64,000 bases of DNA from Malacoraja senta (taxonomy: Eukaryota), in assembly GCA_038087875.1 (NCBI GenBank), contig JAXLNO010002694.1, positions 248,001-312,000 on the forward strand, written 5' to 3'. This document shows positions 63,660 through 64,000 of the stretch, one piece after another. The first letter of the stretch is position 1, and each line of letters starts with the position of its first letter. The translations under genes and the position numbers were made by a program. The notes under the pieces are model-generated. The model was given only the letters and a program-made list of their open reading frames with translations, was not told where the DNA came from and did not search any database.

Positions 63660-63950
63660 GAGGCGGAGGCGACGGAAGAAGAGCTCTAAATCACGTCGGG
63701 CGCAGAACTCATTGAGATGGAGACGGAGGGGGACAAAGGTGAGGCCTCTACTGAGGACAGACCGTTCGGTACCTGAGAGGGGGAGCTCAGGGGGGATGGT
63801 GAACACACGGCAGTGATGGGGGTTGAGGCCCGAGGAAGGCAGGTGAGTGGACTGAGGCCAAGGCGATGTCTGGTGGGGGGGGGGCTGGTGGGTGGTCAGG
63901 GGGTAGGGGGTATGAGGACTGTAGTGTGGGTGGGGAAGAGCTGGGGTCAC
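63660..63950 (-). mobile_element. Penelope-like ORF N-terminal fragment
   Basis: LSGTERSVLSRGLTFVP...LELFFRRLRL motif typical of the region preceding Penelope RT. Confidence 0.65.
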
Positions 63951-64000
63951 ATGGTTTGAGGAGAATGGGGAAGACCCAGTGGAACAGCCACTGATGTTAC

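Noticed and set aside
1-64000. CRISPR arrays or prokaryotic systems
   Set aside because: The sequence is eukaryotic (spliceosomal introns, LINEs and SINEs). Repeats are dispersed TE copies, not regular repeat-spacer arrays.

Overview
Vertebrate genomic DNA, most likely a cartilaginous fish (skate or ray). This is inferred from the repeat content (V-domain tRNA-type SINEs, CR1 LINEs with (CATAGAAA)n tails, Penelope, Rex/Babar, L2, L1/Tx1, hAT) and from the gene found. The window holds one complete, intact MHC class I heavy-chain gene on the minus strand: 7 coding exons at 52701..33328, 1152 nt, 383 aa, all introns GT-AG and phase 1. The gene keeps 8 of 9 peptide-anchor residues and has an X/Y/ISRE-type promoter. 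Its terminal exon carries a Penelope-derived insertion that supplies the stop codon. At the left edge is the signal-peptide first exon (765..840) of a second, unidentified minus-strand gene. Most of the rest is nested transposable elements. These include an L1-clade element with a twin-priming 5' inversion, a truncated hAT ending in a 34-bp hairpin-resolution palindrome, a ~4.3-kb tandem duplication, and many Penelope terminal repeats with minimal hammerhead-ribozyme motifs. Exon boundaries, TSDs and palindromes were read by eye at base level; other TE boundaries are approximate (tens of bp).
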